Of a DNA stretch of 64,000 nt, positions 32,146-41,086 are shown piece by piece. The DNA is from Bacillota bacterium (GTDB lineage Bacteria > Bacillota > Clostridia > Acetivibrionales > JAMNXU01). The notes beneath the pieces are model-generated. The model saw nothing but the letters and a program-made list of their open reading frames with translations. It searched no databases and was not told the DNA's origin. The first letter of the stretch is position 1, and every line of letters starts with the position of its first letter. The position numbers and the translations under genes were made by a program. The DNA lies in contig JAMNXU010000026.1 in the NCBI GenBank assembly GCA_023623175.1, positions 10,383 through 74,382 of the forward strand. Direction: 5' to 3'.

Positions 32146-32226
32146 TCTCTATCATCTCCCTTGTGGTAAATTTCGCGAGAATTACTTCTCTCCCACTGCA
32201 AAAAACCGAATCCGAAACAACGATTC

Positions 32227-32652
32227 CTAGTCTTCTACGACAATTCCCATGCTTCTTGCAGTACCAGCCACCATGCTCATTGCTGCTTCAATGCTTGCAG
32301 CGTTCAGGTCAGGCATTTTCAGTTCGGCTATCTTCCTGATTTCTTCCTTTGATATCTTAGCAACCTTCTCGGTATTTGGCCTACCGGAACCGCTCTCTAT
32401 GTTGCATGCCTTCTTCAGCAGCACTGCAGCCGGAGGAGTCTTGGTAATAAAGGAGAATGACCTGTCGGCATAAACCGTAATTACCACAGGAATAATCAGA
32501 CCTGCATCCTTTGCAGTCCTCTCATTGAACTCCTTGCAAAATCCCATTATGTTTACACCATGCTGTCCTAAAGCTGGTCCAACCGGTGGAGCCGGGGTTG
32601 CTTTTCCCGCAGGAATCTGTAGTTTGACATAGCCAACAATTTTCTTTGCCAT
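32227..32652 (-). CDS. rplK: 50S ribosomal protein L11
   Basis: The sequence begins [30 protein letters not shown]. The start is set at 32652, behind GGGAGGTG. Confidence 0.97.
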   Translation of the reverse strand: MAKKIVGYVKLQIPAGKATPAPPVGPALGQHGVNIMGFCKEFNERTAKDAGLIIPVVITVYADRSFSFITKTPPAAVLLKKACNIESGSGRPNTEKVAKISKEEIRKIAELKMPDLNAASIEAAMSMVAGTARSMGIVVED

Positions 32653-32750
32653 ATCTTCCACCTCCCAATTTTATTTAAAGGACAACAACATTAAATATAC
32701 GGCACTGTTATAGATTGCACCAATTTTCATGCTGTCATCCGCCCTGAGGC

Positions 32751-33281
32751 CTAAATCTTCACAATCTGTTCCAGTTCCAGTTCAACCGGAGTCTCACGGC
32801 CGAACATTGAAACCGCTACCCTGACTTTCCTCTTTTCGAGGTTAATATCTTCAACAATACCTATAAAGTTCTCCAGCGGACCCGAGACGACCATGACATT
32901 ATCCCCGACTTCGTAATCGACTTCGGGAGCAAAATCTTCCACACCCATGGCTCTAACTTCTTCATCGGTAAGCGGCACAGGCTTGGATCCGGGCCCGACA
33001 AAGCCGGTTACACCCCTGGTATTGCGAACCACGTACCAGGACTCGTCAGTCATGATCATTTTAATCAGCACATAACCCGGAAAAACTTTTCGAAGCGTAG
33101 CCTTTTTCCTGCCGTCTTTTATCTCGATCTGCTCTTCCATGGGCACGACGATATCAAGGATATAATCCTGCATATTCCTGTTCTCAACGATTTTTTCCAG
33201 GTTCGCTTTCACCTTGTTCTCATAGCCTGAATAGGTATGAACAACATACCATTTGGCTTCATTGACATCGTTTTCGCTCAT
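32751..33281 (-). CDS. nusG: Transcription termination/antitermination factor NusG
   Basis: WYVVHTYSGYENKV (NGN domain) plus a C-terminal KOW domain. Confidence 0.95.
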   Translation of the reverse strand: MSENDVNEAKWYVVHTYSGYENKVKANLEKIVENRNMQDYILDIVVPMEEQIEIKDGRKKATLRKVFPGYVLIKMIMTDESWYVVRNTRGVTGFVGPGSKPVPLTDEEVRAMGVEDFAPEVDYEVGDNVMVVSGPLENFIGIVEDINLEKRKVRVAVSMFGRETPVELELEQIVKI

Positions 33282-33302
33282 TTGGCTCGCAGTCCTCCCG
33301 GA

Positions 33303-33527
33303 TTACTTTATAACGATAAGCATCAAGAGATATCCCAAAAGGGCGTCCGCAGTCCAGATAACAATCCCTGTAATCAGGCTGGCCATCAATACGGTAACAG
33401 TGTTATTGATCACCTGTTTCCTGGTGAGCCAAACAACTTTTTTCAGTTCCGCGCGTATCTCTTTGAAAAATCTTACAAAATTCCTTCTCAAGTTACCCAT
33501 TTTTGAAACCTTAGCATTCTCAGCCAT
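33303..33527 (-). CDS. secE: Preprotein translocase subunit SecE
   Basis: A 74-aa protein with a single C-terminal TM segment and the conserved KVVWLTRKQ block, positioned before nusG. Confidence 0.85.
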   Translation of the reverse strand: MAENAKVSKMGNLRRNFVRFFKEIRAELKKVVWLTRKQVINNTVTVLMASLITGIVIWTADALLGYLLMLIVIK

Positions 33528-33568
33528 ACTTCACAACCCCATCTCTTCGCTTCCATTTCAAGGAGCGG

Positions 33569-33718
33569 TTATCTGGTTTCTCTGTGAACCGTGTGCTTGC
33601 GGCAGAATTTGCAATACTTTTTAAGTTCAAGCCTGTCAGGAGTGTTTTTCCTGTTCTTCTTGGTGGCGTAGTTTCTCTGTTTGCAATCTGTGCAAGCCAA
33701 TGTAATCTTAACTCTCAA
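33569..33718 (-). CDS. rpmG: 50S ribosomal protein L33 (49 aa, TTG start; below the ORF-track size cut-off)
   Basis: My hand translation is (M)[48 protein letters not shown], which has the Cys4 zinc ribbon. The RBS GGAGGTG lies 6 nt upstream of the TTG. Confidence 0.85.
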   Translation of the reverse strand: MRVKITLACTDCKQRNYATKKNRKNTPDRLELKKYCKFCRKHTVHRETR

Positions 33719-33913
33719 TCTTGACACCTCCAGGTCTACGGATTTCAGTCATTATTAACCATTTCCACAATATTTCCTGTTTATAACTGCTTTTAAACTG
33801 CGGTAACATATTGCTTTCTGCCTTAATTGCCTTTATAGAATAACATTTTCAGGCAATAAAAAAAAGACCTGCGTTTGAAGCAGTATATAATCTAACACAG
33901 TTTATACAAAAAG

Positions 33914-34879
33914 TCAAGAATTTTTCCCGATGGTATATGAAGGTTTGGACAACCGTCTCTGCACAAATATAAGTCCGCCTATCCCGACCGCCACCCCGAG
34001 CCACAGCGTAGAAAATCTCGTGATAATCGTCGTCACGGTGGCCGTCTGGCGGTTTACGCCGGCCATCAGCAAAAGGCCGAATATGCTTCCCTCTGTTACA
34101 AGTAGTCCGCCGGGAAGCATGGAGACGGCGCCAACAACGGAAGAGAACGCCACGATAAACAGCGACGAAAGCACCGGTATGGGCGTGCCGAAGGATTTGA
34201 GCACGAGGTAAATGATAATGCCTTCAAATGACCACGACACAATACCGATGGCTATTGAGAACAATACGCTGCCCAGGCACAGCAGCTGATAGGAGCTTTC
34301 ATAAAAGGAATCCAAAGCGCCGGCAAATCTTTTTAACAGCGGCAGTTTTTTCATTACTGAAATAACGCGGCGAGCAAAGGGCCTGTACCTGATAAATATG
34401 ATAAATAAAACCACGCCTGCAAAAGCCGCTGCCAGTACGCTGTAACCATACCGGAACTCAAGGGCGCCGATTGCCGCAAGAATAACCAAGCTGATACCGT
34501 CGGTCATCCTCTCGATTATAACCATCGGGGATGTTACGCTGACAGGAGTCCCGTAGAACTCCTTTATAAGGAAGGATTTCAAAAACTCGCCGAGTTTCCC
34601 CGGCGTAACAGTCATGCTAAGGCCTGAAATGAAAATGCCAAGGCTGTCGCTCCTTTTCATTTTGATGCCCAGGAGTGACAGGTAATATTCCCATTTTATA
34701 TATCGAAAGCAGTAATTCAGCGGAGCCATCATCAGTATGAGCGGAAGAAATTTCGGGTTGAAGGTCGAAAAGGAATCGACAATCTTCCGAAAATCAGAAT
34801 ACACGCCCATTACCATAAGTATTGCAACGCCCGCTATCAGCGATACCAGGATCCTTCTCTTCAGCTGTCCGAAATTCAA
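33914..34879 (-). CDS. Flippase-like membrane protein (UPF0104 / LPG_synthase_TM family)
   Basis: About 8 TM segments and an N-terminal pattern typical of the family (...FRYIKWEYYLSLLGI...). Confidence 0.65.
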   Translation of the reverse strand: MNFGQLKRRILVSLIAGVAILMVMGVYSDFRKIVDSFSTFNPKFLPLILMMAPLNYCFRYIKWEYYLSLLGIKMKRSDSLGIFISGLSMTVTPGKLGEFLKSFLIKEFYGTPVSVTSPMVIIERMTDGISLVILAAIGALEFRYGYSVLAAAFAGVVLFIIFIRYRPFARRVISVMKKLPLLKRFAGALDSFYESSYQLLCLGSVLFSIAIGIVSWSFEGIIIYLVLKSFGTPIPVLSSLFIVAFSSVVGAVSMLPGGLLVTEGSIFGLLLMAGVNRQTATVTTIITRFSTLWLGVAVGIGGLIFVQRRLSKPSYTIGKNS

Positions 34880-34922
34880 GCTGCTTCCTCCACAACGTTT
34901 TTATTCAGTCTTATTTAACCTG

Positions 34923-35100
34923 CCTGCATTGTCCAGTTTGTACCGTTCAGCCTGATTAAATCAGCCTGTATTGTTCAGTCTGCACTGTCCGGCTTTAAAT
35001 CATCCTGCATTGTTCAGTCTGCACCGTTAAGCCTGATTAATTCAGCCTGCAACTTATTCAGCTGGTTACCCGGTCTTCATTTATCAGCTGCCCTGCCCGG
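34923..35100. repeat. Degenerate tandem repeat, about 4 x 39-42 nt
   Basis: CCTGCATTGT(C/T)CAGT(T/C)TG(T/C)ACCGTT(C/A)AGCCTGATTAA(A/T)TCAG-like units start at about 34923, 34965, 35004 and 35046. Confidence 0.6.
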
Positions 35101-35159
35101 ACTATATTTGTTTGGCTGCTTTGCTCTACCTGCCGCTTCTTTTATCCGGCAATTTCAAA

Positions 35160-36245
35160 TTATTTATATTGGGTAAAAAGCCTTCCCCACTTGCTGTTTT
35201 GCTGGTAATCGCGGACTATCTTTTTGCCCTTTACCGGGTACCAGTAGTAGTCGTGGTACAATGCCGAGCCAAGGACAAATATATACACGAGCGGCGTGTG
35301 GAAGAAAAGCTTCTGCAGCGGGCGCAGCGGACCAAACCACATGATGTCCCCGACCCTGCTTGCTCCGTTGTCTCCCACCTCGAAACCGAGGTTTACCTGG
35401 GATATGTCCTCTCCCACCACTTCAATGTTCTCGGGATTGCCGTTGCCAAGCCCTGCCCTGTCTCCTTCGCGGATGTAGTCAATCTGCAGGGGGTCAAAAC
35501 CCATCATTTTTGAAGATATGGCGTCCACGGCCACCTGGTCTCCGCCGGCTATAATGTAATCAGCTTCAACGGGTTTCATCGTCCTCGGTCCCGGACCGTT
35601 CCCCGCTGTTGTTCCGTCAATAACGGCAAAGATTCCCGTGTGGATTTCTTTTTGAATGGCAAGCAAATCCACGAGCGTATCGTGTATGACGCTGTGGGTG
35701 TAATGCCTTTTTGTGTTCAGCAGCCCGCCGAAAGCATTTTTCATCGCGCCCGTTGTCGTGGTATAAATATGGCATTTCATCGTCGGCAGGTGAATTATGT
35801 TTTTGCCGATGAAATAATCGGGAATGTAAATGCCCTCGGGGTATACCTTGTCGAGAACGCGCATCTTTGCCCTGGGCTCGTACCGGATCCATTTCATGTC
35901 TTCTTTTTTAAAGTTGTAAAGTACCGGGATTTCGTACTTTTTGAATATTTCAACATACTTGTTGAGTCTTTCGCCCTTGTAGGCATTGGTAACGACAGTC
36001 TTGTTCTGGACACACACTATGTCGTCGTAACCGTCCTCGCGAAGGCACTGGATAACGGCCTCCAGCTGCCAAGGCGTGGTGTTGGCTCCCGGGTAGGGAA
36101 AATGCCACGATATATTGTCCTTGAGAATGGTGGTTTTCCCTTTTTCCAGGTAATCCTTGTATCCGGCCATCCTCATTAATTTTTTGTAATCTTCTATTAC
36201 CGTTTCAGGTTTCGTTTTGAGCACCGCAACCCTTGATTTCTCCAC
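35160..36245 (-). CDS. DUF362 domain protein with hydrophobic C-terminal tail
   Basis: DUF362-type core (...VLKTKPETV..., ...KNIIHLPTMKCHIYTTTTGAMKNAFGG..., ...VIDGTTAGNGPGP...). The start is set at the GTG at 36245, behind AAAGGAGGAGG and just after the UbiA stop. Confidence 0.65.
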   Translation of the reverse strand: MEKSRVAVLKTKPETVIEDYKKLMRMAGYKDYLEKGKTTILKDNISWHFPYPGANTTPWQLEAVIQCLREDGYDDIVCVQNKTVVTNAYKGERLNKYVEIFKKYEIPVLYNFKKEDMKWIRYEPRAKMRVLDKVYPEGIYIPDYFIGKNIIHLPTMKCHIYTTTTGAMKNAFGGLLNTKRHYTHSVIHDTLVDLLAIQKEIHTGIFAVIDGTTAGNGPGPRTMKPVEADYIIAGGDQVAVDAISSKMMGFDPLQIDYIREGDRAGLGNGNPENIEVVGEDISQVNLGFEVGDNGASRVGDIMWFGPLRPLQKLFFHTPLVYIFVLGSALYHDYYWYPVKGKKIVRDYQQNSKWGRLFTQYK

Positions 36246-36259
36246 TATATCCTCCTCCT

Positions 36260-37147
36260 TTAATAAAACAGCCAAACAATAACGACGCTTGTGGCCACCC
36301 ACAGTAGAATGCTGACGAGCAGCGGCTTGTCCTGCAGGAGAACCAGCTCGGGATTGCCCCCCATGTCGCGCGTAGACACAAGGTACTGGTAACGGAATAT
36401 GCCGTAAAGCACAAAGGGAATTGTCAGCATCATGTAGTGAGATTTGCCCGCGGTGAAAGTATAAAGCATGTATGACATCACTGTTGCCGATGTTGTAACC
36501 GACAGCATCTGGTCAATCAGCTCCGGCGTGTACTCGTCAAGTATTTTCCTGTGCCGGCCCGCATCGGCGCTCAATGTCAGGAGCTCGTTCTTGCGTTTAT
36601 TCAGCGCCAGGAACAGCGATAACAGCGTTGAGCATACGATGAGCCACGGCGAAATCTCCACGTGAATCGCGAGAGCCCCGCCGACGGTCCTGAGCACGAA
36701 TCCCGAAGCAATCAGGAGAACATCCAGGATAATTACCTGCTTGAGTTTTATCGAATAAAGCAGCGTCAGCAAAAAATACAGCGCAAGCACGATGAAAAAA
36801 CCAAAATCCAGCATCCAGGCGAGCGCGATTGATACCGCGAACACCGCCACAGCCCAGGCCGTTGCCGTTCGGGGACGCAGTTTCCCCGAAGCCACGGGCC
36901 TGTGGCACTTCTTTGGATGCAACGCGTCCCTTTCGCGGTCTATTACATCATTGATGAGATAAACCGAACCCGACACCGCGCAAAAAAGCAAAAACGCGGC
37001 AATGGTACGTAAAACGGGCTCAATCTCGATAAATGCCCTGGCAAATATGAGCCCTGCGAACACAAAGCTGTTTTTTGTCCACTGTTTCGGCCTCATGGCC
37101 GTTAAAATATAGTATAGCGTTTTAATGTCCGTTCCCTTCCTTGTCAT
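36260..37147 (-). CDS. UbiA-family prenyl-phosphate phosphoribosyltransferase (decaprenyl-phosphate 5-phosphoribosyltransferase-like, Rv3806c type)
   Basis: The N-terminal RPKQWTKN signature, the Asp-rich motif YLINDVIDRERD, and about 8-9 TM segments. Confidence 0.7.
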   Translation of the reverse strand: MTRKGTDIKTLYYILTAMRPKQWTKNSFVFAGLIFARAFIEIEPVLRTIAAFLLFCAVSGSVYLINDVIDRERDALHPKKCHRPVASGKLRPRTATAWAVAVFAVSIALAWMLDFGFFIVLALYFLLTLLYSIKLKQVIILDVLLIASGFVLRTVGGALAIHVEISPWLIVCSTLLSLFLALNKRKNELLTLSADAGRHRKILDEYTPELIDQMLSVTTSATVMSYMLYTFTAGKSHYMMLTIPFVLYGIFRYQYLVSTRDMGGNPELVLLQDKPLLVSILLWVATSVVIVWLFY

Positions 37148-37520
37148 ATTATACCTGGTTATTATGTACTGTTGTACCAGGTTATTGGTTAGAGCAGGTT
37201 ATCATCGTAACTCGAGCATGTTCATTGTAACCTGAGCATGTCATCATCGTAAAAGGTTATTATCATAACTGGGTTACCAGGTTATTATTTATCAGGCAAT
37301 TTTTGTACCGTGATATTGTTGCACCGGGCCATTAATACCGATCATTCAGTGTATTTATCCGAATTTAATGGTCCTGCAGGAGTTTAGTGGTCCTGCAGTG
37401 GTAAGCCGTATTTCAGTTCTCATATGCGCATTGCCACATCCGCTTCATCGCGCCCCAATCCGGTATCACCATACCCTGCTTAATTTTTCGCTGAGCCTGT
37501 CCCATATCACAATACCCCGT

Positions 37521-39110
37521 TCACCTCGCGTCTATCCTGTACAGGACGCCGTCATCAGCTTTAAAAACAGGCTCAAGGATCAGATATTCTTCCAGTTCCC
37601 CTGGCGTAAGCAGCGTCTGAAGCATTCCTTCCCTTTCAAACCAGGCAAGGTACGCATCGCCGCCTTTATCTATTTTTTTCAAAAATGCCTCAAGACCGTA
37701 CTCGGGCAAACTTCCTTTTCTCGGCACGTATTCCGAGAAAATGCCCGCATGGGCATAGGTCCTCTCGGCGAAATTGGTATAAATTGCACCCCTTTTTGCA
37801 TAGACGGGCAATTCCTTCATGAGTTCCGACTGCGTCCATCCGGTTTCAGCCTTCATTCCGATTCCGTACAACAGGCCTCTTTCAACGTTCCTGTACACCC
37901 CGCAGGCCGGATACACAAGCCACAGCGCCGCCAGGACCAGCAGCGCGTAGTTCAGCACCCGGTTTTTCAGGTACCTGTAAAAGAGTATCGGTATATTGTC
38001 AAGCATATAAAACATTAAAAATATTAGCGGTATGTAAACGGGACACATCAGCCGGTCGTTGATCCTGTCGAACGCCACGGAAGAAGCGGTGTAAACCATG
38101 TAGGCGCAGTAAAAAACAACGAACAGCGCTGCCGGAAGAACGGGTCCGATATTTTGTCGGCTCCATGCCGCAACATTCACCCTGTTCCATTTCTTCAGCC
38201 TGTTTAGCCTCGCGATTGCAATAAGCGCCGCAATAATCGCCAAAACAGCCACAGCAAGAACAACAGCCGTCCAGAGTGCAAGGTTGAAATCCACGCGCTC
38301 ATCGAGCTGCCTCAGGGGAATAAACCACTGCATCACGGTTCTGAAGGCCAAATCCGACGTTTCTCCGAGCGTATAAACCGAGGGCGTCCTGTTGCCAAAA
38401 AGCGTGGAAGAATGAATATAATTGCGGATCGCCCAGGCAGAAAGGGGAATTCCGGAGACAAGGCCGAAAATAAAAGCCTCCTTTATCCTTGAGGTAATCC
38501 TGCCTTCTTTCAGCAAAAGGAGAACCGCGCCTGTTAAAACGCCAATAACCCCGACGTACCTGGCAAGGCAAGCCATCGCGGCAAACAGCGCCGAAAGCCA
38601 ATAACTTTTCTTTTTGCCCTCAATGAAGTATTTCTCTGTGGATAAAAGAAAGGACACCACGAGAAAAACAAAAAGCGGTTCCGACCAGGCATAGCCTGAT
38701 ACCGTTAAAAGTGGCACAGAAAGCAGCACTGCGAGCGTACCGGTGATTGCCAGCGGTATAAACCGGATATGATTTCTGAACCAAAAACCGCTTAAAACTA
38801 CCGTAAGCCCGAACACCACCGCGTTAATGACTCTCGCGGCGGCGGCAGCGCTTAAACCCAAGGCGGAAACCAGCGCTATTACAGCAGGAAACAGCGGCGG
38901 CCACTGGATCATCGGCGTGGAATATCCGAAATACAAAAATCCCCGCCCGTCCTTGAAGGACTCGGCGGCATACAGGTATGCAACGGCGTCGGGAGAAAGA
39001 CCGGCACCGTACTTTGAAGTCGCCGCAAGAACAAGAACGGCGGCTATTATGCCAAGCCCGAAAATCAAGTATTTATCCAGTTTTTTTATCTTCCCCGAAG
39101 ATCTTTTCAT
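37521..39110 (-). CDS. GT-C fold glycosyltransferase (family 39/83-like, polyprenyl-phosphate-sugar dependent)
   Basis: About 12 TM segments, a first-loop acidic motif (GLSPDAVAYLY), and a soluble C-terminal domain of about 130 aa. Confidence 0.65.
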   Translation of the reverse strand: MKRSSGKIKKLDKYLIFGLGIIAAVLVLAATSKYGAGLSPDAVAYLYAAESFKDGRGFLYFGYSTPMIQWPPLFPAVIALVSALGLSAAAAARVINAVVFGLTVVLSGFWFRNHIRFIPLAITGTLAVLLSVPLLTVSGYAWSEPLFVFLVVSFLLSTEKYFIEGKKKSYWLSALFAAMACLARYVGVIGVLTGAVLLLLKEGRITSRIKEAFIFGLVSGIPLSAWAIRNYIHSSTLFGNRTPSVYTLGETSDLAFRTVMQWFIPLRQLDERVDFNLALWTAVVLAVAVLAIIAALIAIARLNRLKKWNRVNVAAWSRQNIGPVLPAALFVVFYCAYMVYTASSVAFDRINDRLMCPVYIPLIFLMFYMLDNIPILFYRYLKNRVLNYALLVLAALWLVYPACGVYRNVERGLLYGIGMKAETGWTQSELMKELPVYAKRGAIYTNFAERTYAHAGIFSEYVPRKGSLPEYGLEAFLKKIDKGGDAYLAWFEREGMLQTLLTPGELEEYLILEPVFKADDGVLYRIDAR

Positions 39111-39284
39111 ACCCGCTCCTGCCTGACTTATTCCAATTATGAACTACATTTTCTGTTTCCCTGCTTTATTGTCGATCCAAAACACGGGTGTTAACCGTTC
39201 ACACGGGCATTAGCAGTTATTTTCGTCATTTGCCCGCACTTACAGGTGCTGGCCATAAATAAAAATTATAATCAAAAGCACAAA

Positions 39285-39322
39285 CAAAAAAGGGGTCAGT
39301 GAACTCATTATCACTATACCCC
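39285..39322 (-). terminator. Intrinsic terminator after ilvB
   Basis: The minus strand reads GGGGU-AU-AGUGA-loop-UCACU-G-ACCCC followed by UUUUUUGUUUG. Confidence 0.6.
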
Positions 39323-39357
39323 ATAATATTTGCCACTGTCAATTAAGCCTGAACCGG

Positions 39358-41073
39358 CTATTTTGCAGCCTGCGCCTCCGTCCCGTCGATCAGTTCGTCA
39401 ATGGGAGCGCCCGGCGGCACAATCGGAAACACCTTGTCATCCATGTCGATGTCAAAGTTTATCACAACGGGCCTGTCAACTACCTCCAGCGCTCTTTTGA
39501 TCGCCGGATCCACTTCCTCGGGCCTTTTTACATTGATTCCGACAGCTCCGTATGCCTCTGCCAGCGCTACGAAATTCGTGCCCCTGTCAATCGTTGACTG
39601 GGAATAGCGTCCTCCGTAAAAAAGGTTTTGCCATTGCCTTACCATTCCCAAAACATGGTTGTTGATAAGCGCAATTATGACAGGTACCCTGTATTCCACG
39701 GCCGTGGCGAGTTCATTGCAGTTCATCCTGAAACTGCCGTCGCCTGCGACGTTGATTACCCTTTTATCAGGTCTTCCGAGTTTTGCACCGATGCTCGCGC
39801 CAAGCCCGTACCCCATCGTTCCGAGGCCGCCCGATGAAATAAACTGCCTGGGAGAAGTGTACTTAAAATACTGGGCCGCCCAGATCTGGTGCTGTCCCAC
39901 CTCGGTTGTAATCAGCGCGTCGCCCCCGGTGAGTTCAAACAGCCTTTCTATAACATACTGCGGTTTCAGTTTTCCGTCCGAATTGTCATACCTGAGTCTG
40001 TAAGTTTCTTTCCATTTTTTAATCTGGCGCGTCCAGTCAGGACATGTATTGCTGTTAAGTTTCGGCAAAAGCTGCGCGAGTATTTTCTTTATATCGCCAA
40101 TCACGGGATAGTCAATCCTGACGTTCTTTCCTATTTCGGCAGCATCAATGTCTATGTGGATTATTTTTGCCCTTGGCGCAAACCTGTCCACCTTGCTGAC
40201 CACCCTGTCGCTGAACCTGGTTCCGACTGCAAGTATCAGGTCAGCCTGCGATGTGGCAAGGTTCGTGGTCTTTGTCCCGTGCATGCCTATGAGACCTGTA
40301 AAAAGCTCATGAGTGCCGGGGAAGGAACCAAGTCCCATGAGAGTGGTCGTCACGGGCATGCCTGTTTTTTCCGCAATCGCTCTCAGCTCGTCGCACGCAT
40401 CTGCGATCGATACGCCGCCTCCCGAAATTAGTATTGGTTTCTGAGCCCTGTTAATAACCTCGGCGAGTTCCGACACTTCCGCATCGGAAAGATCGCGGGC
40501 GGTTTCGGTGAATTTTTCAGGCTGGTATCTCCGTAAATCACCGGGTTTCATGGGCTCGTAATCCCATGTGGCTGCAGTGACGTCCTTGCATATGTCAATC
40601 AGCACGGGACCCGGCCTGCCCTGCTTTGCTATGGCAAAGGCCCTTCTAACCGTGTCGGCCAAAACCCTGATGTCCTTAACCATAAAACTGTGCTTTGTAA
40701 TGGGCATTGTAATTCCGATTATATCGACTTCCTGGAAAGAATCCTTGCCCAGCAGGTTTGTAGGCACCTGCCCTGTAATGGCTACAATCGGTACCGAATC
40801 TAGGTACGCGGTAGCAATTCCCGTCACGAGGTTTGTCGCTCCGGGCCCTGATGTGGCAATGCACACACCCACCTTGCCCGTGGCGCGGGCATACCCGTCG
40901 GCCGCGTGAGCGGCGCCCTGCTCATGGGACGTCAGTATATGCCTTATATCCTTCTGATACTTGTAAAGCGCATCGTATATGAAAAGAACCTGGCCTCCGG
41001 GATAACCGAAAACGGTGTCGACTCCCTGCTCCTTGAGGCATTCTACCAATATTTCAGCTCCGGTAAGTTTCAT
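39358..41073 (-). CDS. ilvB: Acetolactate synthase (acetohydroxyacid synthase) large subunit
   Basis: A ThDP enzyme with the GDGSF ThDP-binding motif and a typical biosynthetic AHAS N-terminus (MKLTGAEILVECLKEQGVDTVFGYPGG). Confidence 0.92.
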   Translation of the reverse strand: MKLTGAEILVECLKEQGVDTVFGYPGGQVLFIYDALYKYQKDIRHILTSHEQGAAHAADGYARATGKVGVCIATSGPGATNLVTGIATAYLDSVPIVAITGQVPTNLLGKDSFQEVDIIGITMPITKHSFMVKDIRVLADTVRRAFAIAKQGRPGPVLIDICKDVTAATWDYEPMKPGDLRRYQPEKFTETARDLSDAEVSELAEVINRAQKPILISGGGVSIADACDELRAIAEKTGMPVTTTLMGLGSFPGTHELFTGLIGMHGTKTTNLATSQADLILAVGTRFSDRVVSKVDRFAPRAKIIHIDIDAAEIGKNVRIDYPVIGDIKKILAQLLPKLNSNTCPDWTRQIKKWKETYRLRYDNSDGKLKPQYVIERLFELTGGDALITTEVGQHQIWAAQYFKYTSPRQFISSGGLGTMGYGLGASIGAKLGRPDKRVINVAGDGSFRMNCNELATAVEYRVPVIIALINNHVLGMVRQWQNLFYGGRYSQSTIDRGTNFVALAEAYGAVGINVKRPEEVDPAIKRALEVVDRPVVINFDIDMDDKVFPIVPPGAPIDELIDGTEAQAAK

Positions 41074-41086
41074 GACACGACCTCCT

